The notes under the pieces: generated by a model
Database searches by the model: none
The model's input: only the letters and a program-made list of their open reading frames with translations
Told to the model about the DNA's origin: nothing
Assembly (NCBI GenBank): GCA_963834385.1
Contig: CAWIBO010000002.1
Span: 1,184,001-1,248,000 of the forward strand
Direction of reading: 5' to 3'
DNA: 64,000 nt
Source of the DNA: an uncultured Verrucomicrobiae bacterium
GTDB taxonomy: Bacteria > Verrucomicrobiota > Verrucomicrobiia > Chthoniobacterales > UBA10450
Position numbers and translations under genes: made by a program
In this document: positions 59,406-64,000 of the stretch, piece after piece
Numbering within the stretch: position 1 is the stretch's first letter
How the letters are laid out: every line of letters starts with the position of its first letter

Positions 59406-60515
59406 TTGGCGGACGTGACCGGCGCCGCCCAAAAGACCACCCCGCTGCATGACGAGCATGTCCGGGCCGGGGCCAAGCTGGTGCCCTTTGGGGGCTGGCT
59501 GATGCCGGTGCAATACAGCGGGATCGGGCAGGAACACCAGGCGGTGCGCGAGGCGGTGGGCATGTTCGACATCTCCCATATGGGCCAGTTGGTGGCCTCG
59601 GGCGAGGGCACCGGGGCCTGGTTGAACCGGATGCTGACGAACAACATCGACAAGCTCGAGCCGGGCAGCGGCCAGTATACCTTCCTGCTGAACAAAGAGG
59701 GCGGCATCATTGATGACCTTATTGTCTACCGCACCGGTCCCTCCGGTTTCCTGCTGGTGGTGAACGCTTCCCGCGCGGAGGAGGACCTGGCCTGGCTGCA
59801 GACACATCTGCCGGAGGGAATCACCCTGCGGAGCCGAAGCGACCAGTTTGCCGGGCTGGCCCTCCAGGGGCCGAAGGCGGTGGAGCTGTTCCATCGGGTT
59901 TTCGGTGAGGAGGCGGAACCGCCGGCGCGCAACCAGATCGCGACCTTCACGAGCGACGGAATCGCGGTGGAGGTGGCGCGGACCGGTTACACCGGGGAGG
60001 ACGGGTTTGAATGGTTTTTCCCGGCAGAATCCGCCTCACGCGTCTGGCGGGACCTGCTGGAAAAGGGGGAGTCGCTGGGGCTCAAGCCGTGCGGGCTCGG
60101 CGCGCGCGACACGCTCCGGCTGGAAATGTGCTATCCCCTCAACGGTTCCGACCTGACCCCGGAGCACAATCCTGTCGAGGCCGGGCTCGGTTTCTTTGTG
60201 GATATCACGAAACCCGATTTCGTTGGGCGGGAAATCGTCGCGCGCGACAAGGAGTCCGGGCCGGCACGCAAGCTGGTGCCCTTTCGCATGACGGCGAAAG
60301 GTCCGCCGCCGCGTCCCCATTACGCTGTTTTTGCGGGTGAAGAAAAGCTGGGGGAAGTCACCAGCGGCACTCTTTCGCCCAGTCTCAAGGAAGGCATCGG
60401 GATGGCTTACATCCCGGCCGACCGGGCCCGGGTGGGGGGTGAGCTTCTCATCGATATTCGCGGCCAGAAATTCCCTGCTGTCATCGTCAAGAAACCGTTC
60501 TACAAAAAATCATGA
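59406..60515 (+). CDS. gcvT: Glycine cleavage system aminomethyltransferase T
   Basis: TPLH, FGGWLMPVQY, FDISHMG, GGIIDD, RTGYTGEDGFE, GLGARDTLRLE. Confidence 0.96.
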   Translation: MADVTGAAQKTTPLHDEHVRAGAKLVPFGGWLMPVQYSGIGQEHQAVREAVGMFDISHMGQLVASGEGTGAWLNRMLTNNIDKLEPGSGQYTFLLNKEGGIIDDLIVYRTGPSGFLLVVNASRAEEDLAWLQTHLPEGITLRSRSDQFAGLALQGPKAVELFHRVFGEEAEPPARNQIATFTSDGIAVEVARTGYTGEDGFEWFFPAESASRVWRDLLEKGESLGLKPCGLGARDTLRLEMCYPLNGSDLTPEHNPVEAGLGFFVDITKPDFVGREIVARDKESGPARKLVPFRMTAKGPPPRPHYAVFAGEEKLGEVTSGTLSPSLKEGIGMAYIPADRARVGGELLIDIRGQKFPAVIVKKPFYKKS

Positions 60516-60889
60516 ATGTTCCAGAAGACCGCCGCTACACCGAAACACACGAATGGATCAAGCCGGAGGGCGACAAGGTTCGCGTCGGCATCACCGACCA
60601 CGCCCAGGCCGAGCTGACCGACGTGGTTTACGTGGAATTGCCGAAGGTGGGGACGCAGGCGGAGGCGAAGAAGCAGATCGCAGTGGTCGAGTCGGTCAAA
60701 GCCGCGAGCGACATTTACGCGCCGGTGAAAGGCGAGGTGGTGGAGGTGAACGAGGCGCTTTCGAGCAACCCGGCCCTGATCAACACCGATCCCTTCGGCG
60801 ACGGCTGGATTTTCGTCCTCAAGGTGGCGAACCCGGACGAGGTGAACCAGCTGAAGGACGCGGCCGGCTACAAGCAGACCATCGGTTAG
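60512..60889 (+). CDS. gcvH: Glycine cleavage system protein H
   Basis: HEW, GITDHAQ, VESVKAASDIYAP lipoyl-Lys, NTDPFGDGW. Confidence 0.96.
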   Translation: MNVPEDRRYTETHEWIKPEGDKVRVGITDHAQAELTDVVYVELPKVGTQAEAKKQIAVVESVKAASDIYAPVKGEVVEVNEALSSNPALINTDPFGDGWIFVLKVANPDEVNQLKDAAGYKQTIG

Positions 60890-61257
60890 CCGGCGCAGAG
60901 GTCGTGCACGGCCCGGACGACCTCGTCGAGGGCCACGGGCGTGACGTTGAAGGAAAAGCCGTCGAGGACGCCGCTGGAGAGGAACCCGGTGTTCCCGAGC
61001 AGGCCGCTCAGGCAGATGATCGGGGCGTGCTGCAGGAAGGGATCAGCCTGGAGGGCGCGGGTGAGGGCGGCGGTATGGGCGGCGCTGGAGTCGAGCAGGA
61101 CGACATCCGGCTGGAACCACCGCAGGGCGTGCAAGGCCCGGCGGTCGTCGTGCTCGGCCCGGATGGTGTAGGCGCCAGAGGCGCCCAGGGCAGTCGCGAT
61201 CACCCGGGTTACTTCCGGATCATGATCGACAAGCAGGACTTTGCGGGGAAGGCGCAT
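60886..61257 (-). CDS. Stand-alone atypical receiver domain protein
   Basis: KVLLVDHD, PDVVLLD, PIICLS; conserved Lys absent (VTP). Confidence 0.7.
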   Translation of the reverse strand: MRLPRKVLLVDHDPEVTRVIATALGASGAYTIRAEHDDRRALHALRWFQPDVVLLDSSAAHTAALTRALQADPFLQHAPIICLSGLLGNTGFLSSGVLDGFSFNVTPVALDEVVRAVHDLCAG

Positions 61258-61284
61258 GGCGAAGGTTGTGCGCCCATTTGCCTT

Positions 61285-61300
61285 AGCATCGGATGTGCCA
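61285..61300 (-). promoter_or_regulatory. Sigma-54 -24/-12 promoter candidate
   Basis: TGGCAC-ATCCG-ATGCT on minus strand, 27 nt upstream of the receiver gene ATG. Confidence 0.55.
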
Positions 61301-61413
61301 GCCCGGCCAAACCGGCCACTTCGGGCCACTGCGCTCGAGAGAAGGATGGGTTTCCGCCCGGAAGTCGCGCCTTTTTTTCGGGGTCGCGCTGTGCTTAACT
61401 GATTTTTCCGCTC

Positions 61414-61728
61414 ATGCCCAAAGACGACAAGAAAGCCGCCGCCGACCTCAACTTTGAGACGGCCATGGATCGCCTCGAGGAAATCGTGGAAAAGATGGAA
61501 TCGGGCAAGCTGCTCCTGGACGACCTGATTGGCCGTTACGAGGAGGGGATGAAGCTGGTAAAAATCTGCCAGGAACGGCTTGCCAGCGCCGAGCAACGCA
61601 TCGAGATCATCACCCGCAGCAATGACGGCAAGGCGGCCGTGAAGAACTTTGAACCAGGCGCTGAGGCCGCCCCTGCGCCCGCCGCTGCAAAAGGAGACAC
61701 CGAAGATGGAGAAGTCAGACTCTTCTAA
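61414..61728 (+). CDS. xseB: Exodeoxyribonuclease VII small subunit
   Basis: FETAMDRLEEIVEKMESG.L.LDD..YEEG..L...C...L..AEQRI. Confidence 0.93.
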   Translation: MPKDDKKAAADLNFETAMDRLEEIVEKMESGKLLLDDLIGRYEEGMKLVKICQERLASAEQRIEIITRSNDGKAAVKNFEPGAEAAPAPAAAKGDTEDGEVRLF

Positions 61729-63622
61729 AAACAAACCTGTCCTGGCCGGCATTCAATCGCCGGCTGACGTGAAGAAGCTGGAGGAAAACCAGCTGCCCCA
61801 GCTTGCCCAGGAGGTCAGGGAAACGCTCATTGAAGTCCTTTCCCAGACCGGGGGTCATCTCGGCCCCAACCTGGGCGTGGTCGAGCTGACCATTGCCATG
61901 CACCGTGTTTTTTCGACGCCAAAAGACCGCTTTGTCTTTGATGTCAGCCACCAGGGCTACGTGCACAAGATGCTCACCGGGCGGCTTGATCGCATTGGAA
62001 CCATGCGGCAATACCAGGGCCTGAACGGGTTCCTTCTCCGGACGGAGAGCGAGCACGATTGCTACGGGGCCGGGCATGCCGGCACCGCCATCTCGGCCGG
62101 GCTGGGCATGGCGGTCGGACGCGACCTGCGCGGCGGCGACGAGCACGTCGTGGTCGTGGCGGGCGACGCGGCCCTGACCTGCGGCATCAGCTACGAGGCG
62201 TTGAACAACGCGAAGTCACAGACCAAGCGTTTCATCGTCGTCCTGAACGACAACGAGTGGTCGATCGCCAAGAACGTTGGCGCCATCGCCTCCTACCTGA
62301 ACAACATCGCGACCAGTCCCACCTTTGCCCATCTGCACGACAAGGCACGCTCCTTCATCGAGACGGTGGCGGGCCGGGCCGCGGCCGAGTTCGCCCACAA
62401 AGTGGAGGAGGGGATGAAGAACCTCATCGTGCCGAGCGTGATTTTCGAGGAACTGGGGCTGCGCTACTACGGCCCGATCGACGGGCACGATATCGGGTTG
62501 CTCACCCGCACCTTCGAGTTCCTGAAGACGCAGGAGGAGCCGGTCCTGCTGCACATTCTGACCAAGAAAGGCAAAGGCTACGAGCCCGCCCTGGCCAAGC
62601 CGGACAAGTTCCATGGGCTCGGCAAATACAAGGTCGAGAGCGGCGAGACCGCGCCCGCGCCGACGCCGACCTACTCCGAGATCATCGGGACGACGCTTTC
62701 AAAGTTTGCCGACTCGAACAAGAACATCGTGGGAATCACCGCGGCCATGCCGAGCGGCACCGGGCTGGGCCTGTTCCAGGCGCGGCATCCGGAGCGGTAT
62801 TTCGACGTGGGCATTGCCGAGGAACACGCGGCTCTTTTTGCCTGCGGCCTGGCCACACAGGGCTTGAAGCCGTTCCTGACCATTTATTCCACCTTCATGC
62901 AGCGGGCTTACGACATGATCATCCACGACATGGCGTTGCAGAGCCTGAACGTGGCCCTGTGCATGGACCGGGCCGGCCTGAGCGGCGATGACGGTCCGAC
63001 GCACCACGGTCTTTTCGACATCGGCTACCTGCGGCACGTGCCGAACATCGTGCACATGCAACCGAAGGACGAAGAAGAGTTCGTGGACATGCTCTGGACC
63101 ATGGCCAATTACACGGCCGGGCCGATCGCGATCCGCTATCCCCGCGGCGCCGGCACCGGGGCCAAGCCGAAGGAGACCCCGAAGCTGCTCGAGATTGGCA
63201 AGGCCGAGGTGGTGCAGCACGGGCGGGAAGTGGCCATCTTCGGCCTGGGCAACATGTTCGAGGTGGCGGTGGAAGCTGCGCGCAAGCTGGAGGCCCAGGG
63301 CATCTCGGTCGCGCTGGTCAACCCTCGCTGGATCAAGCCGATCGACGTCGGCACCCTGGAGTTCTTTGCCCGGAGCGTGGAAGTGGTCTGCACGATCGAA
63401 GACCACGTGCTCCACAATGGTTTCGGGTGCGCGGTCATGGAGCATTTGCACAGCCAGATGATCAACACCCCGGTGGTGCGGGTTGGCTGGCCCGACCAGT
63501 TCGTCGAGCACGGCACCATCCCAATCCTGCGTCAGAAGCACGGCCTGACGGCCGACGCCCTGGTCGAGAAGGTCATGCCGCTCCTGCGCAAAAAGCAGGA
63601 CAAGCAGTCCAGCGCCGCCTAG
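61706..63622 (+). CDS. dxs: 1-deoxy-D-xylulose-5-phosphate synthase
   Basis: GGHLGPNLG, DVSHQ, GHAGT, GDAA..LNDN, GPIDGH, DVGIAEEHA, DRAG..DGPTHHG, IRYPRG. Confidence 0.97.
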   Translation: MEKSDSSKNKPVLAGIQSPADVKKLEENQLPQLAQEVRETLIEVLSQTGGHLGPNLGVVELTIAMHRVFSTPKDRFVFDVSHQGYVHKMLTGRLDRIGTMRQYQGLNGFLLRTESEHDCYGAGHAGTAISAGLGMAVGRDLRGGDEHVVVVAGDAALTCGISYEALNNAKSQTKRFIVVLNDNEWSIAKNVGAIASYLNNIATSPTFAHLHDKARSFIETVAGRAAAEFAHKVEEGMKNLIVPSVIFEELGLRYYGPIDGHDIGLLTRTFEFLKTQEEPVLLHILTKKGKGYEPALAKPDKFHGLGKYKVESGETAPAPTPTYSEIIGTTLSKFADSNKNIVGITAAMPSGTGLGLFQARHPERYFDVGIAEEHAALFACGLATQGLKPFLTIYSTFMQRAYDMIIHDMALQSLNVALCMDRAGLSGDDGPTHHGLFDIGYLRHVPNIVHMQPKDEEEFVDMLWTMANYTAGPIAIRYPRGAGTGAKPKETPKLLEIGKAEVVQHGREVAIFGLGNMFEVAVEAARKLEAQGISVALVNPRWIKPIDVGTLEFFARSVEVVCTIEDHVLHNGFGCAVMEHLHSQMINTPVVRVGWPDQFVEHGTIPILRQKHGLTADALVEKVMPLLRKKQDKQSSAA

Positions 63623-63652
63623 AGCGGGCCGTTCGCGCGGCCTGACTTTTCC

Positions 63653-64000
63653 ATGAGCATGGTCGAGGCCCGCGGACTGACGAAGGTCTACCGCACCTAC
63701 CGCAAGGAAAGCGGGCTGCGCGGCGCGATCAAGGGGCTGTTCAAGCGGCGCTACGATGAGACGCGGGCGGCGGATGACGTCAGCTTTCAGATCGAGGAGG
63801 GTGAACTGGTGGGTTTCCTCGGGCCGAACGGCGCGGGGAAAACCACGGTGCTGAAGATGCTCTCGGGCCTGCTCAACCCGAGCGGTGGCGACGCGCGCGT
63901 CCTCGGTTTCGTGCCCTGGGAGCGCCGCAACGAGATGAAACGGCAATTCAGTCTGCTCATGGGCCAGAAGAACGCGCTCTGGTGGGACCTGCCCGCACAG
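63653..64000 (+). CDS. ABC transporter ATP-binding protein (3'-truncated by window edge)
   Basis: [38 protein letters not shown]. Confidence 0.9.
   Translation, partial: MSMVEARGLTKVYRTYRKESGLRGAIKGLFKRRYDETRAADDVSFQIEEGELVGFLGPNGAGKTTVLKMLSGLLNPSGGDARVLGFVPWERRNEMKRQFSLLMGQKNALWWDLPAQ

Noticed and set aside
60886..61752. 288-aa version of the receiver ORF
   Set aside because: N-terminal part is antisense to xseB; the receiver domain begins at 61257

Overview
GC-rich bacterial chromosome segment. Gene content (waaA, AsmA-like proteins, TPR/GT-C membrane proteins, a short GlmU-like protein, split coaC/coaB, hemQ) is compatible with a PVC-group, Verrucomicrobiota-like diderm; this is inference, not a database result. 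Most of the window is housekeeping: glmM, scpB, rpmE-prfA-prmC-murA, nfo, accA, rsmD, waaA, yicC-gmk-coaC-coaB, suhB-ispF-cysS, hemQ, gcvT/H, xseB-dxs, tRNA-Glu(TTC), tRNA-Ser(GGA). There is also an accessory run of small genes at about 22.5-29.3 kb. The most unusual signals are: (1) five co-oriented intergenic arrays in the first 22.5 kb, built from about a dozen short-period (6-9 bp) repeat modules in a recurring order. They overlap gene ends, appear in-frame inside prmC, and bracket an ion-channel gene as about 250-bp direct repeats. (2) A 24-aa, 13-lysine histone-H1-tail-like micro-ORF with its own -35 box, Shine-Dalgarno and terminator, missed by the ORF track. (3) A GluR0-like channel whose K+ filter motif is replaced by TGGCEN. 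(4) An esterase/ATP-grasp/carboxylate-amine ligase cluster and a TMTC-like glycosylation locus. About ten genes carry single frameshifts, most likely long-read indel errors. No CRISPR array, integrase, transposase or rRNA was seen.
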